NCBI RefSeq assembly: GCF_963921235.1
Contig: NW_026948141.1
Span: forward strand, 124,001-188,000
Length of the DNA: 64,000 nucleotides
From: Mobula hypostoma
Taxonomy: Eukaryota
Direction of reading: 5' to 3'
Every line of letters begins with the position of its first letter. Position 1 is the first letter of the stretch. Shown here piece after piece: positions 12,995 to 25,574 of this stretch. A model generated the notes under the pieces. The model was not told the origin of the DNA. It saw only the letters and a list, made by a program, of their open reading frames with translations, and did no database searches. The translations under genes were made by a program, and so were the position numbers.

Positions 12995-13650
12995 GTTTAA
13001 GGTTCAAAGTACAAACTAAATGTATTATCAAAAGTACATTTATGTCAGCACATACAACCCTGGGATTCATTTTCTTTTGGGCATTCATAACAAATACAAA
13101 GAAACACAATACAATCATGAAACACTGCACCCAACAAGACAGGCAGCCAATGTACAAAAGACAACAAACTGTGCAAATACAAAAAGAAAGAAAAAAAGAA
13201 ATAAAAGTAATAATAAATAAATAATGAATATTGAGAATGTGAGATGAAGAGTCTTTGAAAGTGAGTCCATAGATTGTGGGAACATTTCAGTGATGGGGCA
13301 AGTGAAGTTGAGTGAAGTTATTCCCTCTGCTTCAAGAGCCTGATGGTTGAAGAGTAATGACTGTTCCTGAACCTGGTGGTGTGAGTTCTGAGGCCCCTGT
13401 ACTTTCTTCCTGATGGCAGCAGTGAGAGGAGAGCATGTCCTGGGTAGTGGGGGTCTTTAATGATGGATGCTGCTTTCCTTAATCAGTTCACCTTGTAGAT
13501 GTGCTCAATGGTGGGGAGGGTTTTACCCGTGACGGTCTAGGATGTATACATGACTTTTGTAGGATTTTCCTTTGAAGGGCATTGGTGTTTCCATACCAGG
13601 CTATGATGTAACCAGTCAGTATGCTCTCTACCACACATCTATAGAAGTCA
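12995..13650 (-). mobile_element. Rex1/Babar 3' fragment
   Basis: Same 3' UTR and C-terminal region as the copies at 31755-32600 and 58220-60070. Confidence 0.7.
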
Positions 13651-13878
13651 GAATAGATATCAGAAGTCAGATAGAGACAGTAGTCAGGAAGCTGTGTAAC
13701 TCATTTAATAATGGCAGAGATTATGTATAGTAGGAGTACTCATTTTGATTTGAGATTCTGGAGTGGGATATTCTCATGTATAATGGGTAGTCAGGAAACT
13801 ATGTAACTAATTTTGCAGTGTTACAGTTCGGGATGTCTGGAGTGGGACAATCTCATTGATGGTAGGGGTAGTTAGCTA

Positions 13879-15320
13879 CAGTGTCTATAAAAAGTATTCA
13901 CCCCCCACTTGGAAGTTTTCACGATTCTATTGTTTTACAACATTTTGTGTCAAAGTGAAAACAAATTGATCTAAATTTTTCACAATTATTAAACTCAAAA
14001 TAATTGATTGCGTAATTACTCACCCCTTCAAGTCAGTATTTAATAGATGCACCTTTGGCAGCAATTACAGCCTTGAGTCTGTGTGGATAGGTCTCTGTAG
14101 GCTTTGCACATCTGGACACTGCAGGTTTTTCTCATTCTTCTTTACAAAACTGCTCAAGCACTGTTAGATTGCATTGGGATCATGAGTGAACAGCCTTTTT
14201 CAAGTCCAGCCACAAATTTTCAATTGGACTGAGGTCTGGACTCTGACTTGGCCACTCCAGGACATTAATTTTATTGTTTTTAAGCCATTCAAAGGTTCAA
14301 AGGTCAAGTTTAAAGTCAGAGAAATGTATACAATATACATCCTGAAATGCTTTTTCTTTGCAAAACTTCCATGAAAACAGAGAAGTGCCCCAAAGAAAGA
14401 ATGACAGTTAAACGTGAGGACCTTAAATCCCCTCCAGCTCCCCCCTCCCATGTGTAAGCGGCAATGAACAGCAATCCCCCTCCCCCCACCAACAAAATTA
14501 AACACGCATCGGTACAATCACCAAGCCAAAGCGTGTGCTAAACAATGGCAAAGACACAGACCTTGCAGATGGCAGTTACCCCAGAAGTTCACATTTCATC
14601 TGAATTCGACAACCCACAGGTTCTCTCCCTCCCTGGCAAGGGAGAGGGAGGTGTCCCCCATTTTCACATTCCTGTAGCTTTGGCTTTCTGCGGAGTCATT
14701 GTCTTGCTGTAAAACAAATCTTCTTCTAAATCACAGTTCTCTTGCAGAGTGCATCAGGTTTTCCTCCAGGATTTCCCCTTATTTTGCTGCATTCATTTTA
14801 CTCTCTACCTTCACAAGCCTTCCAGATCCTGCTGCAGTGAACATCCCACAACGTGATTCAGCCACCACCATGCTTCACAGCAGGGATGGTGTATCTACAA
14901 TGATGTGTGGTGTTTGGTGTGCACATACCTTCTGGCAAACTCTGGCTGAGATTTCATGTGAATTTTTTTCAACAGTGGCTTTCTCTTTGCCACTCTCCCA
15001 TAAAGCTGTGACTGGTGAAGCACCCGGACAACAGTTGTAGTATGCACCGTCTCTCCCATCTTAGCCTCTGAAGCTTGTAACTCCTCCAGAGTTGTTACAG
15101 CTCTCTTGGTGGCCTCCCTCACTAGTCCCCTTCTTCCACAGTCACTCAGTTTTTAAGGACGGCCTGCTCTTGGCAGATTTACAGCTGTGCCATATTCTTT
15201 CCGTTTCTTGATGATTGACAACTGTACTCTAAGGATATTCAGTAACTTGTGCTTTTCTATAACCTTTTCACAGAGTTGCTTGAAGTGTTCTTTTGTCTTC
15301 ATGGTGTACTGTAAATACCT
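13879..15320 (-). mobile_element. Tc1/mariner DNA transposon remnant (transposase pseudogene, one TIR)
   Basis: TA followed by CAGTGTCTATAAAAAGTATTCACCCCC TIR at 13879. Minus-strand transposase pieces MKTKEH..EKVIEKHK..LPRAGRP, TTLEELQ..LYGRVAKRKPLLKK and a SQSPDLxPIE-type segment near 14220-14260. Confidence 0.85.
14291..14666 (-). mobile_element. Non-autonomous retroposon (same family as 22605-23166 and 38587-39369) nested in Tc1
   Basis: cattc TSD (14286-14290 and 14667-14671); shared 3' end ...gtatattgtatacatttctctgac. Confidence 0.7.
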
Positions 15321-15837
15321 GTTGTCTATTACTGCCATTCCTCCAATAGTTACAGTTGTTGCAGCTGCTCCCAAGGGCAATCTGGTGGAATGGTGTGAAT
15401 GGAAAATCCTACAAAATGTGGTAGATTCAGCCCACTGCATCTCGGGTAAAGTCCTCCCAACAACGGAGCTCATATACATTGAAATACTGTTGTAGGAAAG
15501 CAGCATCCATTAGCAAAGATCCTCACCACCCAGGCCATGCTCCTTTCTTGTTGCTATCAGGAAGAAGGTACAGGAGCCTCAGGACTCACACCACCAGGTT
15601 CAGGAACAGATACTACCCCTCAACCATCAGGCTCTTGAACAAAAGAGGATAACCACACTTATCTACTGAGATGTTCCCACAACCAATGATCTCACTTTAA
15701 CGACTCTTTATCTGGTTATTCTGTGCTCTCGTTATTTATTGCTATTTATTTATATTTGCATTTGCACAGTTTGTTGTCTTCTGTGCTCTTGCTCTTTCAT
15801 TGATCCTGTTGGTGTAGAAAAAGGACCAACTGCTCTT

Positions 15838-16085
15838 GTAGCAACACACACAGAATGCTGGAGGAACTCAATAGGCCAGGCAGCATCTGTGGTGGGGGGG
15901 GGGGAATAAACAGTCAACCATTCGGGCTGGGACCCGTCATCAGGACTGAAAAAGGAAGGGGGCAGAAGCTAGAATAAGAATGTGGGGGGAGGATTAAGGA
16001 GGACAAGTGAGAAGGTGATGGGTGAAGCCAGGTGAAGGGGAAAGTGGGTGGGTGGGGGAGAGGGCATAAAGTAAGAGTCTGGGTA
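15838..16085 (-). mobile_element. Penelope-like terminal fragment with hammerhead motif (15911-15948)
   Basis: Reverse strand reads cagtc CTGATGA cgg gtcccag ccc GAAT GGTT gactg; the flanking purine-rich tract matches the copy at 36370-36900. Confidence 0.7.
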
Positions 16086-16511
16086 CACTTGTAGTGCCAT
16101 TTATGTCACAGGTATCCAACCAGTCAGGCAGTGTAAAGTGTACTTACCCATATAATGTAGGGATTATGGCACCAATGTCCACAAAGCAGGTAGTCACAGT
16201 GATATAATCATGGCCAAGCATTATCTTTTAGTGAGGACTGCTTCCCCTCCACTCATTCTCCAGTGTTTTTATTTTCTTCAACTTGAGGTGCTCAGACTCT
16301 GTTTCAGCCTAGCCTAAAAGGGCCAAAGGGCCTGTTTCTGTGTGGTAGTACTCTATGCCTCCTAAACAATCTTTCCCTCATGTAAATCTGCAGTGCTCGT
16401 GGGCTGCACCTTACATCAGATAGACAGACGTGCAGTGCCACAGTAAGTGCACCATCACACAAAAATAGGTAGCTCATCAGATAGCTCCTGCCCCATCAAT
16501 GGAAGTGTATG

Positions 16512-18085
16512 TCCATAAGACACAGGAGCCAAATTAGGCCATTCAGCCCATCATCTGCTCCGCCATTCCTTCATGGCTGATCCCGGATCCCACTTAACCC
16601 CATTCATGTGCTCTCTCGCCATATCCTTTGATGCCCTGACCAATCAGGAAATGATTACCCTGCCTTAAATATTCGCATGGACTTGTTCTCCACTGCAGTC
16701 TGTGGCTGAGCATTCCACAGATTTACTACTCTCTGGCTAAAAGTTCCTCCTTACCTCCGTTCTAAAGGGTCGCCCCTCAATTTTGAGGCTGTGCCCTCTA
16801 GTTCTGAGTACCCCCACCATAAGAAGCATCCTCTCCACATCCGCCTACCTAGCCCTATATCCATTCAGTAGGTTTCAATGAGATCCCCACCCCCGCATTC
16901 TTCTAAATTCCAGTAAGTACAGGCCCAAAGCTGTCAAATGCTCCTTGTATATTAACCCCTTCATTCCTGGAATCATCCTTCTGAACCTCCTCTGGATTCT
17001 CTCCAATGATAACACATCCTTTCTGAGATATGGGGCCAATACTCCAAGTGCAGCCTGACCAGTGTCTTATAAAGCCTCAGCATTACCTCCTTGTTTTTAT
17101 ATTTTATTCCCCCTGAAATAAATGCCAACATTGCATTTGCCTTCTTTACCACAGACTCAACCTGTAAATTAACCTTCTGGGAGTCTTACACGAGGACTCC
17201 TAAGTCCATCTGCACCTCTGATGTTTGAACCTTCTCCTTATTTAAATAATAGTCCGCACTTTTGTTCCTTTTACCAAAATGCTTTATCATATATTTCCCA
17301 ACACTGTATTCCATCTTCAACCTTTTTGCCCATTCTTCCAATTTGTCCAAGTCCTGTGCAATCGCAATGCTTTCTCAGCAGTATCTACTCCTCCACCTAT
17401 CTTCATATCATCCACAAACTTTGCCACAAAACCAGCAATTCCATGATCTAAATCACTGACAAACAACGTGAAAAGTAGCAGTCCCAATACTGACCCCTGA
17501 GGAACACCATTAGTCATTGACAGCCAACCAGAAAAGGCTGCCTTTATTTCCATTTGCTGCCTCCTGCCTGCCAGCCATTCCTCTATCAATACCAGTATCT
17601 TTCCTGTAACGCCATAGGATTTTATCTTGTTAAGCAGCCTCATGTGAAGCACCTTATCAAATGCCTTCTGAAAATCCAAGTAAATGACGTCCACTGCCTC
17701 TCCTTTGTCCACCCTGCTTGGTACTCCTTCAAAGAACTGGAACGTATTTGTCAGGCAAGATTTCCCTTTGCAGAAAACATGCTGACTTTGGCTTATTTCA
17801 TCATTAGTCTTCAAGTACCCTGAAACCCCATTCTTCATAATGGACACCAACACTTCCCAACCACTGAGTCTAGCCTAACTAGCCTATAATTTCCTTTCTT
17901 TTGCCTTCCTCCCTTCTTAAAGAGTAGAGTGACATTTGCAATCTTTCAATCCTCCGGGACAATACCAGAATCAAGTGATCCTTGAAAGATTATGACAAAT
18001 GCATACACTATATCTTCAGCAACCTCTCTCAGGACTCTAGGATGGAGTCCATCTGGACCAGGTGACTTATCCACCTTAAGCCCTG
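16512..18085 (-). mobile_element. 5'-truncated CR1 LINE (RT domain)
   Basis: ORF 17317-17853: YLDFQKAFDKV...GVPQGSVLG...KFVDDMKIGG. Confidence 0.9.
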
Positions 18086-19360
18086 TGTAGGGAATTATGG
18101 TGGTGAATGCTGAACTGTAGTCCAAATCAGCATTCTCATCTGTCGATGAGTTGTGTCGGTAGGTGAATTGTCGGGGGAGTCCAGTGTGGGTGGCAGCATA
18201 CTGCAGATGTAGACCTTGACCAGACTCTCAAAGCATTTGCTTATTTCTGAGGTGTGTGACAGGACGCCAGTCATTCAGACTTTATACTGTATTGTCGCCA
18301 AACAATTGATACTAGAGTGTACAATCATCACAGCGATATTTGATTCTGCACTTCGCGCTCCCTGGATTACAAATTGATAGTAAATATTAAAAATTTAAAT
18401 TATAGATCATAAATAGAAAATAGGAAAGGGGAAGTAAAGTAGTGCAAAAAACCGAGAGGCAGGTCCGGATATTTGGAGGGTACGGCCCAGATCCAGGTCA
18501 GGATCCGTTCAGCAGTCTTATCACAGTTGGAAAGGAGCTGTTCACGAATCTGGCCGTACGAGTCTTCAAGCTCCTGAGCCTTCTCTCAGAGGGAAGAGGG
18601 ACGAAAAGTGTGTTGGCTGGGTGGGTTGTGTCCTTGATTATCCTGGCAGCACTGCTTCGACAGTGTGCGGTGAAAAGTGAGTCCAAGGACAGAAGATTGG
18701 TTTGTGTGATGTGCTGCGCTGTGTTCACAACATGTTACCTTGGTCTTTTTACCTTGGATAATGGTGGATGTTTTGAAACAGAAGGGCACTCTACGCTGGG
18801 AGGGGGAGAGATTAAAAATGTCTGCAAACAACCTGCCAGTTGTGCCGCGCACATCCTGAGTACCCGCCCTGATATGCCGTCCGGTCCTGTAGCCTTGTGA
18901 CTGTCCACCTGTTGGAAACACCTGCTTACTTCAGCCTCAGAGATGACTAAGCTGCCGGTCGCATCATCTGCAGGTCTCCTCATGGCGACATTGAATCCAG
19001 CGTAAAAAAGATTTGGCTCGTCTGGGAGGGAGGCATCATTGTTTCACTTTGAAGTCTGCGATGGTGTGCAGAGCTTTCCATAAGCTGCATGTGTTGGTGG
19101 TGGAATGTTGGGTCTGAATCTTGTCTCTGTATTGTTGTTTCGCTGCCTTGACGACTTTGCACAGATCGTAGTTGCATTTCTTGAGCTCTTGCTGATTACC
19201 AGCAACGTAAGCTCTGTCTTGCACAGTAAGTGCTGCTCACACGGAACTGTTGATCCAGGGTATCTGGTCTGGATTTCTGGGGGACATCATCCTCAGTGCT
19301 CTTCCAGATGAAGCTCATGACCCCTTCCATGAACTCGGAGGCGTCCTCATCATTTGCATG
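18085..19360 (-). mobile_element. Rex1/Babar internal fragment with a nested, younger Rex1 3' end (~18280-18730)
   Basis: KATGPDGISGRVLRMCA and LFADIFNLS motifs; the nested copy encodes IIKDTTHPANTLFVPLPSERR and retains many CpGs. Confidence 0.75.
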
Positions 19361-20147
19361 GTGCTGATCTGTTACTATGCTGTATCTAAATAAAAATGTT
19401 TTTAAAAGATCCTCAGTGTTGGGGCCCTAGTCAGGCACACTGGGCAGGCCATGTTGTTCACATGCCAAGTGCCAGAGCCGGGACTAGCTGTGAAGAGAAC
19501 AGGACCTGGAAGGACAAGATTAATGGACAGTCTGATCAGTTCTGTGGTTTGCTTGTGTTTACTTGCATAATGCATGAAGAAGCAGTTTATTGCAACGCCA
19601 GTATCTGTGTGAGCAGCTGCCGACCACTATCGATGGAATATTCTTAACTACTTGGGCCAAACACAAACAAAAACTGCTCCTGGTCCAGTCACCCACCGGG
19701 AAAAAACATACAGTATGTCAGACATAGATACAGGAGCAGAATTAGGCCATTTGGTCCACCCAGTCTGCTCCGCCATTCCGTCGTGGCTGATTTATTATCT
19801 GTCTCAACTGCATTCATCTTCCTTCTCCCTGTAATCTGATTCTGATATGGTGAATGATCACATTTGGAATATCCATCTGCCAAATAGCAACTCACATTGT
19901 TTCTACAGCATCCACATTGTAGCCAGAGCTGCACATTTGGCTTTGGATGAAAGAGTTTTAAACCTTTTTCTTGTAGACTTCCAGTGCACTCGGCTCCGGG
20001 TTTGCAGTATCCCACTGTTGACAGGTCCCCACAGTCAACCAACATTTATTCATTCCTGAGGTGCTTCAACCCACCCGAAAACTGCCACAGGTGATTGATT
20101 CTCCAGCTCTGTGGAGATGTGTACTGAATCACATCTTGTCTGTCACC

Positions 20148-20570
20148 AACACAAGAGATGCTGCAGATGCTGGAAGTCCAGAGTGAGTTAGTTAAGCCCG
20201 ATTACTCTATTAGAGCATAGGCCACTGACAGTAGCTCACATGCCTGTGATGATAAAGCTTATTCTGATCTGAGTCCTCTGTCTTGGGCCCAGATGAAGCC
20301 CATCCTCTTGGTGTATTCTTCTGTCCCAGAGGTGAGGTCTTTGGATCTTCTGTTGGCTTTTCTGTAGCTCTGGGTTTTTATGGGATGGGGTTGCTAGCCC
20401 CATGGCCAACCCTCCTCTTTTTGCAGCCAGTCTTGAGACCATTCATGGCTGAGTTGGAAATCCAGAGTAACATATATGTAATGCTGGAGGAACTCAGCAG
20501 GTGAGGCAGCTTCTATAGAAATGAATAAGCTGTCAATGTTTCGGGTCAAGACCCTTCATCAGGACTCTGC
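20148..20570 (-). mobile_element. Penelope-like terminal fragment split by an RTE-type insert; hammerhead motif at 20531-20567
   Basis: Reverse strand reads gagtc CTGATGA agg gtcttga ccc GAAAC ATT gaca. Confidence 0.7.
20185..20454 (-). mobile_element. Short non-autonomous RTE-type element
   Basis: 14-bp near-perfect TSD tggaa(g/a)tccagagt (20171-20184 and 20455-20468); gggctagcaacccc 5'-UTR-type motif on the minus strand. Confidence 0.6.
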
Positions 20571-20779
20571 CTGTCTGTCACATCTGATCATCAGCTTGCA
20601 TCTGATAGTCTCCTGTTCCCTGAATGAGATTTGTAAACCCTGGATATAGTGGCTTCAGTTAACAGCAGCCATTTCTTATGCCAATCATAGAATCATGCAT
20701 CACAAAAACAGGTCCTTCAGCCCATCTAGCCCATGTCATCCAAGATGTCCATTCTAAGCTAGTCCCTTTTGCCAACTTT

Positions 20780-21535
20780 TGATAGACTGGATGTGGAGAG
20801 GATGTTTCCTGTAGTGAGAGAGTCTAAGACCAGAGGATACAGCCTCGGAACAGAGGGGTGTACTTATAGAATGGAGATGAGGAGGAATTTTGTTAGCCAG
20901 GGAGTGGTGAATCTGTGGAATTCTTTGCCACAGGCAGCTGTGGATGACAAATCTTTATGTATATTTAAGGCAGAGGTTGATAGGTTCTTCATTGGTCAGG
21001 GCATGATGGGATATGGGGAGAAGGCAGGAGATTGGGTCTGAGAGGAAAATTCGATCAGACATGCTGAAATATTGGAGCAGACTTGATGGGCCAAATGGCC
21101 TAATTCTGTTCTTATGTCTTATAGTCGTATGCTCTTATAAAACATAGGTGCTGAATTAGGCCATTCAGCCCATTGAGGCCCCTCCAACATTCCATCATAG
21201 CTAATTTATTTTTCCTCTCAACTCCATTCTCCTGCTTTCTCCCCATAATCTTGGACGCCTTGACTAAGCAAGAACCTATCAACTTCCACTTTAAATATAC
21301 CCAATGACTTGGCCTTCATGAGCCGTCTGTGGCAACGAATTCCACAGAGCCACGATCCTCTGGCTAAAGAAATTCCTCCTCATCTCTGTTCTAAATGGAC
21401 ATCTCTCTATTCTGACACTGTGCCCTCTGGTCCTAGACGTCGCCACCATGGGAAACATCCTCTTCACATCCACTCTATCTAGGCTTTTCAATATTTGATA
21501 GCTTTCAATGAGATCTCCCTCATTCTTCTAAATTT
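20780..21535. mobile_element. Two CR1 3' ends tail-to-tail (+ 20780-21130; - 21135-21535)
   Basis: ORFs 20769-21041 (+) and 21291-21491 (-) both read DRxDVxRMFP...RRNF..Q.VV.LWNSLPQ. Confidence 0.8.
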
Positions 21536-21904
21536 GACCTATTTGTGGCTCAGAGCCATAACCTGTTTGGCCCTTAACCTTCTCAATCTTTCCAAACCAT
21601 ATACCTGTCGAACTGTCATTCACAGGCATTTAACCAGCCACTCATCTTATTTACTGTTTGTGGTGGCATACTGTCTGCAGACCTGTTCCCTTTTCTGATG
21701 AGACAGCAGGTCAAGCAGCATCATGGAGGGGACTAAACGGTCAACGCATCGTTTTGATGACGGGTCTCGGCCTGAAACGTTGACTATTTATTCCTCTCCA
21801 CAGACGCTACTGGACCAATTCTGTGTGCGTTGCTCAAGATTTCCAGCGTGTTTATGAGAGATGCCTACAGCTGGTAAATGTTAACTCCAGCCTGTATATA
21901 GAAT

Positions 21905-23350
21905 CGTAAAACTATGAGACATAAGAGCAGAATTAGGCCATTCAGCCCATCGAGTCTTCTCTGCCATTCTGTCATGGTTGATTTATTATCCCGTTCTTCT
22001 GCCTTCTCCCTGTAACCTTTGATGCCCTGAGTAATCAAGAACCTATTAACCTTCACTTTAAATATTACCAATGACTTGGCCTCCAGAGCTGTCTGTGGTA
22101 ATGAATTCCACAGATTCAATAGTCTCTGGCTAAAGAAATCCTTTCTTATCTCTGCTCTAAACAGGTATCCTTCTATTCTGAGACTGTGCCCTCCGGTCCT
22201 GGACTTACCCCATCATAGGAAATATCTTCTCCACATCCACTCTATCAAGGCCTTTATATATTCGATACGTTTCAATGAGATACTCCCTCATTTTTCTAAG
22301 CTTTAGTGAGTACAGGCCCAGAGTCATCAAACGCCACTCATACATTAACCCTTTCATTCCTGGAATAATTGATATGAACCTCTTCTGGACCCTCTCCAAT
22401 GTTAGCACATCCTTTCTTAGATAGGGACCTAAAACTGCTCGCAATACTGTACTTCAAATGCCTTAGGAAGCCTCAAAATTACATCCTTGCTTTTATACTC
22501 TAGTCCTCTTGAAATGAATGCTAACTTTGCATTTGTCTTTCTTACCACCGACTCAACCTACAAGTTAACCTGCACGAGGACTCCAAGACCCTTGCACCCT
22601 TGATATCCCAAGTACACGGCCTGGAAGACAAGCGTGCCTTCGTGGCTCTGGAGATGTGCTCATTCTAGCCGGTGCCCCTGACTGAAGCGCCGTGGCAGTA
22701 CATGGAACGACGGGAGCAGCAGGTTAGCTGCTGTGAGTTGTGTGTCCAAAGAGCTGCGCCTTTCTGGGGCCGACTCTCTGGGTGCAGAGCTTGGAAAAAG
22801 CGACGCAACAGACTTTTAACATCATAAAGCAGCAAGTTGTTTGTTATGTCTTCCCTCTCGGAGTAAAACGGTGACACCTCTTTTTCCATTATTAGGGTGT
22901 AGAGAGCCTGTGATATGTCGAATTACCTGGTGAACAAGTAGTCTTTGGGGTACTGCAAATATATTCCTTTATTGATGCTTGAGTGCTCAGTAGAGGGCGC
23001 TGATGCTTTTGCTGGTGGGGGTTGGAGGGGCTTTGGGGTTCTAATGTTTAACTGTCATTTATTCTTTGGGGCATTCCTCTATTTTCGTTGTTGTTGCAAA
23101 GAAGAAGAATTACAGGATGTACCAACGTGTATATTGTATACATTTCTCTGACATTAAATGTACCTATTGATTTTCTGAATTTTCTCCCAGTTTAGAAAAT
23201 AGTCTGCCTTAATTCCATCAACCAAAAGACACAGCCTCAGAACAGATACTGTATCCCATCTGCCACGTTTTTGCCTATTCTCCTAATCTGTCTAAGTACT
23301 TCTGCAGAATCCAGGCTTCCTCAATACTACATGCACCTCCACCTATATTC
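21905..23350 (-). mobile_element. CR1 3' fragment interrupted by a non-autonomous retroposon (~22605-23166, +)
   Basis: ORFs 21865-22119 and 22205-22444; CR1 sequence resumes after 23166. Confidence 0.8.
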
Positions 23351-23379
23351 GGGGCTTACAAACACTGACTGGATATTCA

Positions 23380-23785
23380 GCCATAGTCAGAGTGGAGGAA
23401 CAACACCTCATATTCCAATCACAAACAAGATTTCTTATTTTCATTTTTTCTTTTCCTCTCCCCCTTCCCTCTTCTTCTATTCCTCACTCTGGCCTCTTAC
23501 CTCTTCTCCCCTGCCTATCACCACCCACTGGTGCCCTTCTTTCTTCCCTTTCTCCTTTGGTCCACTCTCCTTCTTCTCCACCCCTTCACCTTTCCCACTT
23601 TCCTGGCTGCACCTATCACCTTCTAACTTGTCCTCCTTCCCCTTGCCCCACCTTTTTATTCTGGCAGCTTCCACCTTCCTTTCTTCTAATCCTGATGAAG
23701 GGTCTCAGAATGAAACATTGACTGTTTATTCATTTCCATAGATGCTGCCTCATCCGCTGAGATTCCCCGGCATCTTGTGTGTGAA
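23380..23785 (+). mobile_element. Penelope-like 3' end (GIY-YIG C-terminal remnant, pyrimidine-rich UTR, hammerhead motif 23687-23724)
   Basis: EEQHLIF remnant, followed by CTGATGA agg gtctcag aat GAAAC ATT gactg. Confidence 0.75.
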
Positions 23786-23989
23786 ACTCAGGAAAACTGT
23801 CTCTCATTCGGGTTTAGTCTTAGACAAAAGATTTGCTGGGCACGTGACTTCTGTCTGACTGAAAATGAATCACTGACATTGAATCATTGCCATTTATAAC
23901 AGCAGTTACTTACATTCCCATGAAACCTGTAAATTGTTTCCGGCAGGTACCACACTTATCCCTGGATAATTAGGCCATTGGTTTCGGCT

Positions 23990-24770
23990 TTCCTGCAGAG
24001 ACTTGAGAGAAAACAAGCCTAGGCTCACACTCCAGTGCAGACTTAAAGGGATAGTTCATTGTTGGAGGGGCTGATTTTCTGGTGAAATGTTAATGTGAGG
24101 CCTGCTCTATACAAAATTATGAGGGATAGAGATAGGGTAAATGCAAGCAAGCTTTTTCTACTGACGTTGGATGAGACTAGAACTACAGGTCATGAGTTAA
24201 GTCTGAAAGGTGAAATATTTAATGGGAACTTGAGGGTAAACCTCTACACTCAATGGGTGGTGAGAGTGTAGAATGAGCTGCTAGCGGAAGTGGTGGATGC
24301 GGGGTCGATTTCAACATATAAGAGAAATGTAGATAGGTACATGGATGAAAGGAGTATCGAGGGCTATGGTCCAGGTGCAGGATGGGCCTAAGCAGATTAA
24401 TGGTTCAGCACGGCCTTGATGGGCCAAAGGGCCTGTTTCTGTGCTGTACTGTTCTATGATTCTATGAATTTCCTGAATGATGCATGAATCTCAAATAGCA
24501 TTTATCTCTCAAGAACTTGGTATTGACAGTTTAACATAAACAGCAGATTGAAAACTACCATTTAACTAGGTTCAGCACATGTCTATCAATGAGTGTAGAC
24601 TACTGTTGTATGATTATTTCATTTTCTTCTCTGAAGGATTTGTATCTAGCTAACACATTTCATGTCACTCTCTGAACACCTCAAAGCACTTCAAAGCAGC
24701 AAGCTTTCTTTGAAGAAGAATCATTATTGTGAAGCGGAACAGCCAATTTGTGAAGGATTCCACGCGCTGC
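23990..24770. mobile_element. Old Deu-domain SINE relics (+ ~23990-24560, split by a CR1 3' end at ~24105-24470; - ~24660-24770)
   Basis: ctaggctcacactccagtgcag...gttggagggg...gaaatgttaatgtgaggcc and ctcaaagcacttcaaagc...ctttgaag...cagccaatttg resemble the Deu-domain consensus as I recall it. Confidence 0.5.
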
Positions 24771-24949
24771 AACATGGGCATGTAATTAGTTCTAGAGTTG
24801 TACATCGATGAATAAAGTGTATGATGGGTACGACAGATTAGTTTAGTATATGAAACTACAGTATTATAGCCATTACAGAAAGGGCAGGACTGGCAGCTCA
24901 ACCACCCGGGATAAAGATTGCGCAGTTCAAAATTCAAATTAATTTATCA

Positions 24950-25330
24950 TCTTCTTTCTTTTGCTCATTACGTTGCTGGCATTTAGGGCAGCAATGGAGG
25001 CCTCCATCTCTGGTAGCATTCACGGCTTCCTTCATCGTGTCAGAAACTTTACCTTGGTTTACTGTCAGTCATGCAAGTCCCGGGTGGAGACTCAGGAATA
25101 CCATCACTCTCAGATGCAGAAGTATTCTTCATTGTTGTTTCCATAACAGATTTGTTTAACCAGTCAAGGTTGTTAGCCCTAAGCTTAAACCCCAAATCTG
25201 GAGGATCAGTGGACCACTCTTAGTCTGGCCTCTACCCTTTGACCTGTTTGGTGTGGGTGACCCTACCAAAAGCCAAAGCATAAAGCCTTGACTCCAGCAT
25301 GCAAGCCTCCAAACTACCTATGGTCCTCTT
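24950..25330 (-). mobile_element. Short non-autonomous RTE-type element
   Basis: Minus strand has the ggtagggtcaccca...gaggccagactaagagtggtcc...gggctaacaacc 5'-UTR-type block joined to a short 3' end with an (AAG)-rich tail; approximate TSD aaatt..ttatcat. Confidence 0.55.
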
Positions 25331-25574
25331 GAAGGAAATTTATTATCATGTACATATATTCTCTTCGCTGCCTCTAAGGAGTTTGTACATTCTCCCCATG
25401 ACAGTGTGGGTTTCCTCTGGGTGCTCTGGTTTCCTCCCACAGTGCAAAGACGCAACAGTTGATAGGTTAACTGATCATTGTAAATTGTCCTGTGAATAGG
25501 CGCAGATTAAATTGGGGGTTTCTGGGCGGCGCAGCTCAAAGGGCATATTCCGTGCTGTATCTCAATAAATAAAT

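Noticed and set aside
16081..16149. Imperfect hairpin (gtacactt/aagtgtac) containing aggcagtgta, a miR-34/449-like 5' end
   Set aside because: The stem is short with a large loop, the match is on the wrong arm, and similarity stops after 10 nt; likely chance.
23271..23741. Pro/Ser/Phe-rich ORFs (also 32915-33343 and 36340-36816)
   Set aside because: These are translations of the pyrimidine-rich PLE 3' UTR; low complexity, not genes.
25160..25330. Possible HDV-like ribozyme in the RTE-type 5' UTR blocks (also 20340-20454)
   Set aside because: I could not assemble the P1/P1.1/P2/P3 double pseudoknot from the sequence; it would need a descriptor search.
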